Shown here: positions 33,769-54,155 of the stretch, one piece after another
Numbering within the stretch: the first letter of the stretch is position 1
How the letters are laid out: each line of letters begins with the position of its first letter
Source: the human T2T-CHM13v2.0 reference genome, Homo sapiens
Length of the DNA: 64,000 nt
Direction: 5' to 3' (one strand)
NCBI RefSeq assembly: GCF_009914755.1
Contig: NC_060940.1
Notes under the pieces: generated by a model
Database searches by the model: none
Told to the model about the DNA's origin: nothing
Seen by the model: the letters and a program-made list of their open reading frames with translations, nothing else
Translations under genes and position numbers: made by a program

Positions 33769-34907
33769 CTACAGATTTATACCTCTGTTCTATTTTTTAA
33801 TCCTAATTTTTATTAATCTGTGTTTTTTATATCTGTTCTTAATTTGTCTGGCTACATGCTTTTTTTTTTTTTTTACTCTTTTCAAAGACTGGTTTTTGAC
33901 TTGTTGATCCTCTGTATTATTTCTTTGTTTTTAATTTTATTAGTTTATGCTTTTTTCTCCATTATTTCTTTCCTTCTACTTTTTTTTTTATTTATTCTGT
34001 TCTAGCTTCATGAGTCAAACACTTAAGTTACTTTTTTACAATCTTTTTTATGCTTCACAAATATATTTAAAGGTATACATTTATGCTTCAGTACCATGTG
34101 GTTACAGTGCATGAATTTTAATATATAGAACTTTAATTTTCATTTCTATCTAAATCTTTTCACATTTGCTTTGTAGATTTTCTTTTAAAGGCAGCCCAGA
34201 GAACAGGGAAGTGGAGCAAGAGCAGGGAGGAGTCACAAAAAGACAAACCAGGAGACTCCTTTCCCACTGGAAGTTCCCAGGTCTGGGTCAGAACTGAGCT
34301 GCAGGAGAGTAGAAAAGGGTAGGAGCTTTAAATTGGATTTACAAGGGACTAGATTTTTTACTACCTGAAAATGAAGATTGTTTATTAATACCTGAAAGTG
34401 ACAAAAAAAACAAAAAACAAAACAAAAAAAACCCCTGGGGTCCGTGTCAGAGGAAGTAGATCAGACAGGAGTGTGGAAGGGATTAGTTGGAAGGATACAA
34501 GACTATTTCTTGATTGAAACCTACTGAATCCAACATGTTCAATGAACACGTATTGTAATTACTGATATATCTGGACTCATTTCTAAATTGTTATTTTGCA
34601 TTTTCTATTTATTTTGTTTTTATTTCCTTTTTAATCTGCATATTATATTGATAAAAATTTTCATATTCTTTTCCATTTCAAGTTTGAAAACTATATTCAT
34701 TTATAAATAAATTTTTCTAAAGTCTAAAACATTAAGTTATTACATACATAACTCTTCCTCTTGCATATCACATGGATATTTGTGCATGTTAATTGCCCAT
34801 TAAACATTAAATAACACCCTCTACCATTCTATTTTTCTCTTACTTTTGGATTAACCTTTTTTAAAACAAAAAAAAAATCACAAAACCTTTCTACAATTGG
34901 CAATTAA

Positions 34908-35320
<413 letters not shown>

Positions 35321-36211
35321 CGACTTTGTTTCTTATATGCTTGAATCCTTTCTGGTTGCACAGTAAGGATCTGTACTTTTGCCTTCCTTCTTGAATGTTA
35401 GTATAGTTGAGTATAAAATTTTGAATTGACAATTTTTTCTCCCAAACACCATTATATGATGGTATTTATGGGTATTCCTTATAATGTGATGTGATGTGAT
35501 TTTATATTTAATTATTTATCCTGCTCATTATTCAAGACACAATTTAAACATGAAGACTGCTAACTTTTGAATTCTGGAAATTTCCAAGATGTCATGTTTT
35601 TAAATATTCCTTCTATTTCATATACCATTCCTTCTATTTGTTTCTTGAAGATCAACTTTTAGATGTGGCTTGGGGCCTCACAATATATCCTCTTTATCTT
35701 AACGATTTTTACTTTACTTCTTTGTCGTTCTGTGTGAATTTCTTAATACTGCCTTATATGTCATTAATTATTTCTTTGCCTGTGTATAACCTAGATTTTA
35801 TTACATCTATTGAGTTTAAATTTGCCACCTATAGATATTAAGATACTATTCTAGTTTGAATGCAGAATAGATTTTTAAAAGATAATCACCCTAGGGTTAC
35901 TGTTCTGAATTTGAGAAGTGTGTACCCCAGAATACATGGAAAGAGACAATTTCTTATAGTGTGCCAATTGTGTTATTTCATAACTAAGTAGATATAGCTT
36001 ATATTGCCTAATAAAACCCACTTTTGTTTATTCCTATGATACATTATAAGAATAATATTTGGATAATGTTAGTAACTTTGATTATTCTTTTTCTTCAATG
36101 GTCTGAGTTGAAAGCTCTTTAAGGAGAGGAGACTTTTTGTGATTGTTTAAAAAGAAAAGCAACAAAACAATTGTATTTTCAAAATAATATATGCAAGGAT
36201 GTTTGGAGTCA

Positions 36212-36813
<602 letters not shown>

Positions 36814-37361
36814 CAGTTTTCTTAATTCAATACATTAAGGAAGACTGGGTAATGAGTACATTTTAAATATTTCAAATGCAAATAAAAGACAGCTAAACAG
36901 GCATTCTGTCGAATTTCTCCCAAATGATTTCAGAACGTATCCAAAACATGTAATGCTTTTGTCTAAAAAGAATTATGTACAGGAAATGCTAAGAGATTAG
37001 AAATAGGGATCTTTAATGGAGAATATCTGGCATTACAATATAGTGGTTGGTATGAAAGTTACAATAGTAAATTTTAAGTAAATTTAATTTTTAGTCCACA
37101 TTGGGTGATTAAATGAGAGTGGTTTGAAATGAGTTTATGATTAGCTCATTTTAATGTATTAATTATTGTCATCTGAACTGATTAGCTTATGGAAATGTTT
37201 TCCTTTCCCCTGGGGAGTATACATACATTTATTAAAAGAAACAAAAGCTAATCCCTAGTAAACATTCTAATTAATATAATGCCTAGTAAACCTTCTAATT
37301 AATATAGCATTTATACTTTTAAAATATAATTTACAATAGCAGTTAGAAATGGATAACTAGG

Positions 37362-37485
37362 GGCTGGGCATGGTGGCTCATGCCTATAATCCCAGCACTT
37401 TTGGGGCTGAGGTGGGAGGATTGCTTGAAGCTAGGAGTTCAAAATTAACCTGGCCAACATAGAAAGACCACATCTTAAAAAAAAA
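37362..37485 (+). mobile_element. FLAM/Alu left monomer
   Basis: Left-arm Alu plus A tail. Confidence 0.85.
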
Positions 37486-37789
37486 GAAACTGAGTAATTA
37501 AAAAAACACAAACATCCTCTGTATTCTTGCAGACCATTACAAACTCCCTCAGTCTTGAGTATCTGACATTATTGATCAGCCACTCCTTTAAATAAATATG
37601 TCAATTTTTCAATCCTGTTTCAAAATATTAATCTGTTCTCAGGATTTCAAATTTTGTTTCTGATAATCAAAATCTACTTCTACAACCTAATAACATTCAA
37701 AAATGTCTACTGCATATTTCCGATTGCATAAACAGCCATATTTTGGCTAATCAGTGAGCACTTTCTATATTAATATGCTTAAAGTTTAT

Positions 37790-38307
37790 TCCAAAGGGGT
37801 GTTTATGGAAGCCTTAACTATGCCTGGAATACTGTCCTGGGTACTGGGCTTATATAAATCATGAGGTGTAAGAAGCTCAGAATTAATGATGAAGAGAGAT
37901 TCATAAACAAATAGTTACAGATATGGTGTCATAAGGGCTGGGAACAGAGAAATGTACACAGTGCGCTCCAAGTGCCCAGAGACACTGGCTAATCCCCTAA
38001 GACTCCCCTCCCTACTTCCTCATTCTACTTATTGGAGCTCAAAACACTACAATCATCTTCAGTTCACTCTTCCTATATCCCATATTATCAGATTAGCTAC
38101 CAAGTTCCAGTTTGATTCTTTCTTCCAAAAATCTCATAGAAATCCCACCCTCCACTATCCTCCATTCCTCCCTATTTACATTGCCACTGTTCTTGTTCAT
38201 TCTCTCTCAATCTGCTATGGACTGTTTTAATATCCCATTAACCAGACTCCCTGATTTAATTGCTGGGGATCCAATCTTTCAGTACTGTGATGCATTTTCA
38301 TCATGTC
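37790..38307. mobile_element. L2 fragments (minus ~37790-37990, plus ~38000-38307)
   Basis: 'actatgcctggaatactgtcctgggtactggg' and pyrimidine-rich L2 body. Confidence 0.5.
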
Positions 38308-42468
<4,161 letters not shown>

Positions 42469-43423
42469 CTTATTTGTCTTTGGACATAATTTATGAATCA
42501 ATTTTTTCTTGTTCTATGATTTGTCACCCAATAGGATTTGATAGGCTCCTGTTCGATTCACAGTTGATAGGACAGAAGCACCAGAGCTCAATTAAAATGA
42601 TACTTGAAAGATACCTGGTATCACTAAAATTTATGGAATTATGTATTAAATGATCCCCAAAGAATCAGCTATTTCAAAATTAAAAATTATTACAAAGAGC
42701 TTCATACATCACATTGTATCGTATATCACAAACCATAAAAATGTCAGAAGTAGCTCAATTTCACATTACTGTATTTCTTGATGGTGATCTATCTGGACGA
42801 GTAAGCCTTGCTGAATTTGAATGTGGATAATAAAGCTCACACTCTAAGAAAATGTTTAAAATATGAAATAGAACTGGGGATCGTGGTGGAGAATTCCTTG
42901 GGAGAATGCAGTTAGGGGATCTTTGAGTCTCAACAGTTTGCAGTTCTTTTCACAGCACATAAATGATTTAACAGTAACACAGAGTGGCCAGAGTAAATTA
43001 TTTCCATTTCATCACTGCACAACTTATTATAAGTAACCAGATGAGATGCTGAATGATTACATTGTTATGATGTATTCTGATCTGATCTGAGTTTTTATTT
43101 TCTTTTTCGTTTTGTTTTGTTTTGATTTTCGATGCCTTGGATCCTTGCCAAATCAATCAGCTGAAGCTGGCTTGAACAACGACAATGTAACTTGCAAAAG
43201 CCAGTTCATCAAAACCCTCAGGATCATACAAACAAGGAAAAAATACCAAGGGTCCTCTCTTATTTGTCTTCTTGGCTATCTGTGTTCCATGGGAAGGATA
43301 TAAAATAACATGAACAGGATTTAAATGCTCTGTTTTGACAGGTTATTAAGATTCCAATCACAACCTGCCTACTATCCCTGATCTAGCTAAGTCCAGAAAG
43401 GTGGCAGAATGTCTCTAAAGCAG

Positions 43424-43425
<2 letters not shown>

Positions 43426-43463
<38 letters not shown>

Positions 43464-43470
43464 ACACACA
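43426..43470 (+). repeat. (CA)n microsatellite
   Basis: Directly visible, one interruption. Confidence 0.97.
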
Positions 43471-44063
43471 AAACAAAAAATGCCAGAAAAGATGGAAGAG
43501 TAAGAAAATCAGGCCAACATGAATAATTTGGTAGAGTTGCAGAGCAGGGGAGGGTTTTAAACCAAGACACTTGCCAGCATGGCAGGGTATATTGGTGCAG
43601 CTGACTGGCATAAAATTCCCTGAAGAGAATTTAGATACTGGTAGCTCAAGTGCTGTCAATCTCATCTTTTTCTACCATATAATCCATAGCTCCAACTGAG
43701 ACCTCTGTGGGAGGCCAGGTTCTTATCCTCTGAAATTAGAGCCCACCCTCTGTATGAGATGTCCTACCACAGGGCTAGCTCTGATGCAGGCAGTGGGGTA
43801 CTGACTCTAACTTCTCTAAAGTCCTTTATAAACATTCTTCTAATGATGCAAATTTCACCACGATGAGCACTGGCTCGAGTCCTTGCCTCACACCCTTGTT
43901 TCCAAGGCTCTGTTATAATAAAACATGGAGGCTTCCATGGTGAAGGACACTGGGGAATCACTGCAGGATACAGAACTAGGGAGTTCCAAGAATTACAGGA
44001 GACAAAGCACTCTGAAACTACGTAGACTAAAATACGTAAAAAATGACTATCATTGGTATATCA

Positions 44064-44273
44064 CAAGGATTGGCCAAACTATTAGCTCATGGGCCACATA
44101 TGGCTACTGTCTGTTTCTGTAAATAAAGTTGTACTGGAACATAGCCTTGTTCACCTATTCATTTACAAATTGTCTATGGCTGTCATAAGTGAGTGGTTGC
44201 AACAGACTGTATGGCCCCCAAAGCTTAAAATAACGACCATCTCTCCCTTTAAAAAAAGAGTTGCTTACCCCTG
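44064..44273 (+). mobile_element. MER58A hAT-Charlie MITE
   Basis: 'tgtaaataaagttgtactggaacatagcc...gttgcttacccctg'. Confidence 0.8.
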
Positions 44274-44373
44274 ATACAGAATAACTGAGCAAAATCACCT
44301 AAGCTTAGTTCTTTGCTGGGAAATAACATGCATGCAGATGATTGTCTGACAGGCCTAATAAAATAACTACAAA

Positions 44374-44658
44374 GGCTAGGTGCAGTGGCTCACGCCTGTA
44401 CTCCCAGCACTTTGGGAGGCTGAGGCAGGCAGATAGCATGAGGTCAGGAGTTCGAGACCAGCCTGGTCAATATGGTGAAACCCAGTCTCTAATAAAAATA
44501 CCCAAATTAGCCAGGCGTGGTGGCACGTGCCTGTAATCCCAGCTACTCAGGAGGCTGAGACAGGAGAATTGCTTGAACCAGGAGGCAGAGGTTGCAGTGA
44601 GCTGAGATTGTGCCACTGCACTCCAGCCCGGGCGACAGAGCAAGACTCCCTCTCAAAA

Positions 44659-44690
<32 letters not shown>
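44374..44690 (+). mobile_element. AluSg/Sx with (TAAA)n tail
   Basis: Full Alu, TSD AAATAACTACA. Confidence 0.92.
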
Positions 44691-44693
<3 letters not shown>

Positions 44694-44757
44694 CTACACA
44701 AAAGTCATATGGCAACAAAACTCTCCAGGAAGGTACTTGTTAGGATACCTGTTACAA

Positions 44758-44886
44758 GAGGCAGTATGTATGGTAGAATGAGCATCAACTGTGAACCTAG
44801 ATTTGACCCATATTTCTGCTGTTTATTGGGCTGAACAAACCTTGCCTCACAGAGTTATTATCAGGATTAAATGTTATGATCTAACT
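44758..44886 (+). mobile_element. MIR (interrupted by MER1B)
   Basis: 'gaggcagtatgtatggtagaatgagc...cctcacagagttattatcaggattaaatg'. Confidence 0.65.
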
Positions 44887-45228
44887 CAGCAGTACCCAAC
44901 CTTTTTGGCACCAGGGACCAGGTTTGTGGAAGACAATTTTTCCACGGATGCCAGGGGTTGGGGGGAATGTGATTTTGGGATGAAACTTCTACCTTAGATC
45001 ATCAGGCATTAGATTCTCATAAGGACTGCACAATCTAGATCCCTTGTATGCAAAGTTTGCAATAGAGTTCGTGCTCCTGTGAGAATCTAATGTTGCTGCT
45101 GATCTGACAGGATGTGGAGCTCAGGTGGTAATGCTCACTCGCCTGCTGCTCGCCTCCTGCTGTGCGGCCCAGTTCCTAACAGGCCACAGACCAGTACCTG
45201 TCCTTGGCCTGAGGGTTGGGGACCCCTG
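44887..45228 (+). mobile_element. MER1B hAT-Charlie MITE
   Basis: TIRs CAGCAGTACCCAACC...GGTTGGGGACCCCTG; perfect 8-bp TSD ATCTAACT 44879-44886/45229-45236. Confidence 0.92.
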
Positions 45229-45255
45229 ATCTAACTGAGAATACTTAATACTCAC

Positions 45256-45501
45256 TCAACTGTTGTGTTCTTCCTTCCAGTCTCTCTGTCTTCATCATTT
45301 CCAGCACTGATCTGAACATATAAGAACAAGACCTTGATACCTTTTGAATAAGAAGTAGCACCTGTCTGGAACTGTATCTTGACTCTCACTGGTGCTTTTC
45401 CTTTGGTTGATGCAAAGCTTTCAAATCCTTTAGGGAGATGCCGTTGTGAATATCTATGATAGTCTCCTGTGCCTTCAAAATCTTTGCCTTCTCTGTAGAA
45501 C
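45256..45501 (-). other. Candidate internal exon (246 bp) of an unidentified minus-strand transcript
   Basis: Acceptor ctcttttctgtgttttccAG|G, donor GA|GTGAGT, non-repeat, one open frame throughout. Confidence 0.5.
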
Positions 45502-45874
45502 CTGGAAAACACAGAAAAGAGGCCCCATACATGAAAGGGAAGGAGAAATTATTGGTTCACAATTAGATAGAGGTTAAAATATCCATTCAGTACTTGTAAT
45601 GATAGGTTACTATCACTGTTGGTCACATGATTAGATCAATACTTTACATTGAAACCACATGAAATTACTACTTTGGTGTCACCATTATCCATAATGATTG
45701 AATTCTACCAGTCAATGTTAATAACTGCAAATGAATTCAATTAACAATCACAGACATTGTCCACAGCAACGGGTTATAAATTCAAAAAATTATTTTTGTT
45801 TGTTGAAAACATAAAAATGTATTTTATATTGAAAACAGTCTGATAATATTAATGTTATATTACTTTTAAACATT

Positions 45875-46030
45875 AATAATAGCTAACATTCACCAAGCCC
45901 TTTTTGTGTGGCACAGTCAAAGACTGCATATGTATCATCTTATTTAATGCTCACAACAACCTAATGAGAAAGGCAAAATCATTACTCCCACTTTATAATA
46001 AACTAAGACTTAGAGGAGTTAAAATGACAA
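45875..46030 (-). mobile_element. MIR
   Basis: 'atcttatttaatgctcacaacaacctaatgaga...aaactaagacttagaggagttaa'. Confidence 0.75.
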
Positions 46031-46279
46031 CTGAAACACATTATAGCATTTCACCAAAACAACATAGCATTTCACTGACAAATTATATAAACTGTTGGTG
46101 AAGAAAGAAAATGTTTAAAAAATATGAAGCTTGCTATTTCATGACTCAGTATCTCCTTGCTACATGTTTGTATGTTGAGTCCTTTCCACAACTTAATCTT
46201 CAGGTAATTTGATTACACATCATTTTTCATGATGATTAGGTAACAGTAGTCAATTGCCTTTTCAGTTTCAATGCATGTT

Positions 46280-46572
46280 TTGTTTTTTTTTTCTTTTTGA
46301 GACAAAGTCTCGATTTGTTGCCTGGGCTGGAGTGCAGTGGATCAATCACAGCTCATGGCAGCCTTAACTTCCCGGGTTAAAGCGATCCTCCCACTTTAGC
46401 CTCCTGAGCAGCTAGCACTACAGGCATGTGCCACCACACCTAATATTTTTTTCATTTTTTTGTACAGGCAGGATCTTGTGCTGTTGCCCAGAATTGCCTT
46501 GAACTCTTGGCCTCAAGCGATCCTCCTGCCTTGGCCTCCCAAAGTGCTGGGATCACATGTGTGAGCCTAGCC
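46280..46572 (-). mobile_element. AluJ
   Basis: Diverged Alu, TSD core TCAATGCA. Confidence 0.88.
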
Positions 46573-46918
46573 TCAATGCAATTTTGATGATTTATTTATT
46601 TAATTTTCATTTTTATCAATACTTTTAAGTAGATGTTTTTGAAAGTCAAAATATCCTATAAATTGTAACAGAAAATAGTAGTCCTTTGTTCAACTTCTAC
46701 TATCTAAAGTCAACCACTGTCAAATAATTTAGCTGTTTCTTCTAGTATCTGTCTCTGTATTTCTGAAGAACATGCAGGCCTTACAACGTCTTGATTTTTT
46801 TCTATTTTAGGCACAACATCCTGACTTCTTAAGAGTGGATTAGGATTTAGTTATCTTATGCTTCCCCTACATTTTGTGCATGCCCACACACTTTTGAATC
46901 CTTGCAAAGAACTTATGA

Positions 46919-47222
<304 letters not shown>

Positions 47223-47479
47223 TGAAGTAGATATTATTATCTCTGTTTGACAGAAAAAAAAAAAACAAAGACTCAGAGAAGTTATGTATCTTGTTGTAGA
47301 TTAAGATTCAAAGCAGTTCTTACTCCAAGCTTCTCTTTCAATCAGATACTCTAACATGCTCCATTTCCTTGAAGATACTTTAACACCCCTCACTCTCATC
47401 AAGAAGAAAAATTTTTGTCAGACAACAAAACAGCCATTCTATGGCCACACTTTGTTCTACCACACTTTGTTAAAAGTGG

Positions 47480-48080
47480 ATCCCAGGAAAACTTGTAACC
47501 TCAAGATTTTAACTAAATTGGGACTAAAATCCAGGATTTGAACCACCATCAAACTGGATTATACGTTATTACTTCTGCCACCTTGGCACTGGTCCCCATT
47601 TGGCCTTATCACCTCTGTCTTCCCTGTTCTGCTACCTTTTGCCTAATCTTCATTACTTCAAACACAGAATATTGTAAAGCCTCCCAAAAAGTTCTCCAAA
47701 CCACATCCATACCACCTTATGCATCACTGCCAATCAATCTTCCTGAAACAGAGTTCCAACCTGCCATCCCTGTTAAAATCTTCTATGGATTTACACTTGG
47801 CTCCAAATTAAATACAAGGGCTCAAGACCGTCCATCCAATGGTCTAAACATTTATTGCTCTCAGAACTCAACCTCTAAATTACTGTATTCTCTTTTTTTC
47901 AAACACCCTCATTTCTATTTTGCCACTATCTTTTTTCATCCCATTTCTTGCTCATCATTTCTGCTTTTAGAAGTACCCCAATTCCCAATTTAAATTCCAC
48001 TTTTCCTTGTTTTCCCAGTTAGAAATTTTTTATTGATTTTTTGAAACTTCCTTAGTTTATGCTTCTTTTATATAACTGAT
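47480..48080 (+). mobile_element. L2 fragment
   Basis: 'ccatccctgttaaaatcttctatgg...' L2-like. Confidence 0.5.
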
Positions 48081-48089
48081 ACACAAATT

Positions 48090-48787
<698 letters not shown>

Positions 48788-48838
48788 CAAGTTATTTCTC
48801 CATAAGTTTTAGAGAAAGTCAATTAAGATAAATAATAA

Positions 48839-50201
48839 CAGAAATATAGACAAATGGAACAGAACAGAGCCCTCAGAAATACTACCACACATCTACAACC
48901 ATCTGATCTTCGACAAACCTGACAAAAACAAGAAATGGGGAAAGGATTCCCTATTTAATAAATGGTGCTGGGAAAACTGGCTAGCCATATGTAGAAAGCT
49001 GAAACTGGATCCCTTCCATACACCTTATACAAAAATTAATTCAAGATGGATTAAAGACTTAAAGGTTAGACCTAAAACCATAAAAACCCTAGAAGAAAAC
49101 CTAGGCAATACCATTCAGGACATAAGCATGGGCAAGGACTTCATGTCTAAAACACCAAAAGCAATGGCAACAGAAGCCAAAATTGACAAATGGGATCTAA
49201 TTAAACTAAAGAGCTTCTGCACAACAAAAGAAACTACCATCAGAGTGAACAGGCAACCTACAGAATGGGAGAAAATTTTTGCAATCTACTCATCTGACAA
49301 AGGACTAATATCCAGAATCTACAATGAACTCAAACAAATTTACAAGAAAAAAACAAACAACCCCATCAAAAAGTGGGCAAAGGATATGAACAGACACTTC
49401 TCAAAAGAAGACATTTATGCGGCCAACAGACACATGAAAAAAATGCTCATCATCACTGGCCATCAGAGAAATGCAAATCAAAACCACAATGAGATACCAT
49501 CTCTCACCAGTTAGAATGGTGATCATCAAAAAGTCAGGAAACAACAGGTGCTGGAGAGGATGTGGAGAAATAGGAACGCTATTACACTGTTGGTGGGACT
49601 GTAAACTAGTTCAACCATTGTGGAAGACACTGTGGTGATTCCTCAAGGATCTGGAACTAGAAATACCATTTGACCCAGACATCCCATTACTGGCTATATA
49701 CCCAAAGGATTATAAATCATCCTGCTATAAAGACACATGCACACGTATGTTTATTGCGGCACTATTCACAATAGCAAAGACGTGGAAACAACCCAAATGT
49801 CCACCAATGATAGACTGGATTAAGAAAATGTGGCACATACACACCATGGAATACTACGCAGCCAGAAAAAAGGATGAGTTAATGTCCTTTGTAGGGACAT
49901 GGATGAAGCTGGAAACCATCATTCTCAGCAAACTATTGCAAGGACCAAAAACCAAACACCGCATGCTCTCACTCATAGGTGGGAATTGAACAGTGACAAC
50001 ACTTAGACACAGGAAGGGGAACATCACACACTGGGGCCTGTCATGGGGTGGGGGGAGGGGGAGGGATAGCATTAGGAGATATACCTAATATAAATGACAA
50101 GTTAATGGGTGCAGCACACCAACATGGCCCATGTATACATATGTAACAAACCTGCACGTTGTGCACATGTACCCTAGAACTTAAAGTATAATAACAAAAA
50201 A
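48839..50201 (+). mobile_element. 5'-truncated L1PA4/5
   Basis: ORF2 C-term plus 3'UTR; 14-bp TSD AAGATAAATAATAA 48825-48838/50202-50215. Confidence 0.93.
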
Positions 50202-52089
50202 AAGATAAATAATAAGAAAAAGAATATACAAAGTAGGGTAGATTCAAGAATGATCTAAAAAATGGTGAGTAAAATAAAATTATAATGCTGCTCTAATTCT
50301 AGAACAATAGGAGCACATTTATCATAAAAATTTCCATCAGACAAGATGGCTACTGTATGTCTTCTGCCACAGTTCTTTTAAAGGAGATCCCAGGAAAACT
50401 CACAGAGAAAGGCAGATATTGCCCCCTGGGCTGAGTCAGAGAATACCTCTGAAATAAGGAGGTGGGAATGTTATTTTTACTCAAATATCTTTGATTTCAT
50501 GATTTGTGATTAAAAAAAAAAACTGTTGAGCGTAGATGGACTCGAACCAGTAAGCACAAATATTTACAATCATTTATTTATACCTGTTTTTAAAAATAAC
50601 AAAAAATATCTGAGAAAGGCAAATTTGGTGCCCAGCTATCAAAAGTTTATTTTGAAAAACTATTCAGAGTATCCTCTTCCCAATTCTCAATTTAAGAAAG
50701 GAAAAATATAATTTTGTAATCTTGTAATTAGTGAAAAAAGATCCAAGGCTGGTAAATCAACATCTTCATGTAGTATAAAATCAATAATACACAGAAACAA
50801 AATTAATGAATACATTTTAATGAAGTATATCAAATAATTGTAACTGGGAAATTAATAATAGTACTTGAATTTTAAATTGTGATTGTCTTTCAAGAAGTCC
50901 AAAATATGTTACAACCCTGAAGCCCAGCTCTTTACCATCATGGGACCAGGCATGAACCCTTCCATCTATACTCTTGATGTTGCCATGGGGTTGGATCTAT
51001 GTAGTATCTGTTCAGGGATGCAACCTTCACAATCATCTGGCAACTGTTATTAGGTTTCCCAACTTTAACTTCCTTGTTCCATCTCGTAGTACAATTAGGA
51101 ATCTCTTGAAAGTGACACCAGGAAGTGCATTGTTGCATGCAAAAGGAGACAATTAAGTTACTTTCTCTTCCAGAAAAGTGAGTTCTAAGAGTTAGAAAGG
51201 ACTTGGATAAATGGTTTATATGGAGAGGGAATTCCTTCAGAAAGGAAAAAGTGATTTTTTTTCTATATTAGCATTGTAGGTTAGAAATGTCTAATGGAAC
51301 GAACACGTCCTACATCTTGAATTTTTCTAAATTGCATGGAGCAGAAAATGGATTTCAACCTACTTTTTATATGAAAATTAGTTTGTTGTTGGATTTAAGT
51401 TTTGTTTTTTTTTTTTTTCTTTTCTGAATTGGAAGTTACTATGACCAGGATGAAGGCAAGAGCTAAAATATTTTCCCTGACTTCCAAGGAATGGTGTTCA
51501 GGCAGTTATATTCCTGGAAAGTTCTTTCTTGCCCTGGAGAAACTAGTTTTACTGTTGTTAAGATTTGGTTATCTAAGTCTCTATTTCTGTCTGTCTTTCT
51601 AACCATCCATCAAAGACTATTGTGAAAGAAGAGAACTTTTGAAGAAAGGAGTAAAAAGGGACATGGTAGGGAGGCAGTGAAGACTAAAAAGGAAGGGAGA
51701 AAGAGAGGCCATTCCAAATGTCCTGAAATAGCAGAGTGGTCTGAGTGTGGGCCACTGGCCAGGAGCTGCCAGGGAAAGGCCAAAGAAGGATCCAATCCTG
51801 AAGTGGCAAGTAAAATGCCCAGAACTCCCTTAAATCAGAATCTTGCCTCCAAATTGTCCAGTCTTCAACTTGAACTTGCCGACTGGTCACCTTGCCACCT
51901 TGGGAGTGGCCGACCTGCCTGTGCTGCACTTTGCTCTGCCACCATTTGCCTACTCCATGAGGACATCTCCCCACAGTAGCTCCCAGGAGGCTGTGGCTAC
52001 CCAGAGGGCAGTGGAGGAAAATCTTTGGGCTGAGATATTAGAAATGAACACACTCATTGAACTAGTTTCCTTTTATTAAATATAGCCAA

Positions 52090-53550
<1,461 letters not shown>

Positions 53551-53769
53551 CTAATATGCTACTTTGAGAGATGTTCCCTTTTGACTTCCTAATGTGTTGA
53601 TACAGACAGTTCCTATACAGGAAGAAGAAACATACGTTATAAAGTATATATAAGATTCTCTGTTACTAAAACTGTTTTATGGCAAAAAATTTTTAAATTT
53701 TATTTTTGAGAGCCATTATATTCTTATAGTATTCTACGTGAATAGGATAATAAAATTAAACAGTCTTTG

Positions 53770-53900
53770 TTCTGAAGGAGGACCTCAGAGATCATTACAG
53801 AATAACCCCTTCATTTTACAGATGAGACAACGAAAGCACAGAGACTGGGTGAAGGTCACGCAGCTTGTTAGTAATCCAGTCAGGATGAAAACTCCGAGAC
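53770..53900 (-). mobile_element. MIR3/MIRc
   Basis: 'cttcattttacagatgag...gaaggtcacgcagcttgttagt'. Confidence 0.7.
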
Positions 53901-53999
53901 CACACTGGAATGTTATATAAACTATCTTTTCCCAACTGTCATCTTTATTCATTCTTCCTCACCCTCCTCCCTACACACACCATGACAGAATTCTACTCC

Positions 54000-54155
54000 T
54001 CCATTCTTCTTCATGTTATAGTCAGCTTGGGTGTTATTTATGTATGCCTATTATCCTCACGGAACATGAAGTTTTGCTCCTGCAAGTCCAAGACCAAGTC
54101 TGATTTATCTTTGTAGTTTCGCACATAGTAGGTGATCAATAAATATTTGTTAAAT
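54000..54155 (+). mobile_element. L2 3' end
   Basis: 'gcacatagtaggtgatcaataaatatttgttaaat'. Confidence 0.7.

Noticed and set aside
34190-34560. Purine-rich block inside old L1 (also 51620-52085) as a unique functional element
   Set aside because: More likely ancient LTR remnants that I cannot assign; left uncalled pending a Dfam search.
47538-47993. 151-aa ORF
   Set aside because: Overlaps decayed L2, starts at a non-ATG codon, and has no splice or domain support.
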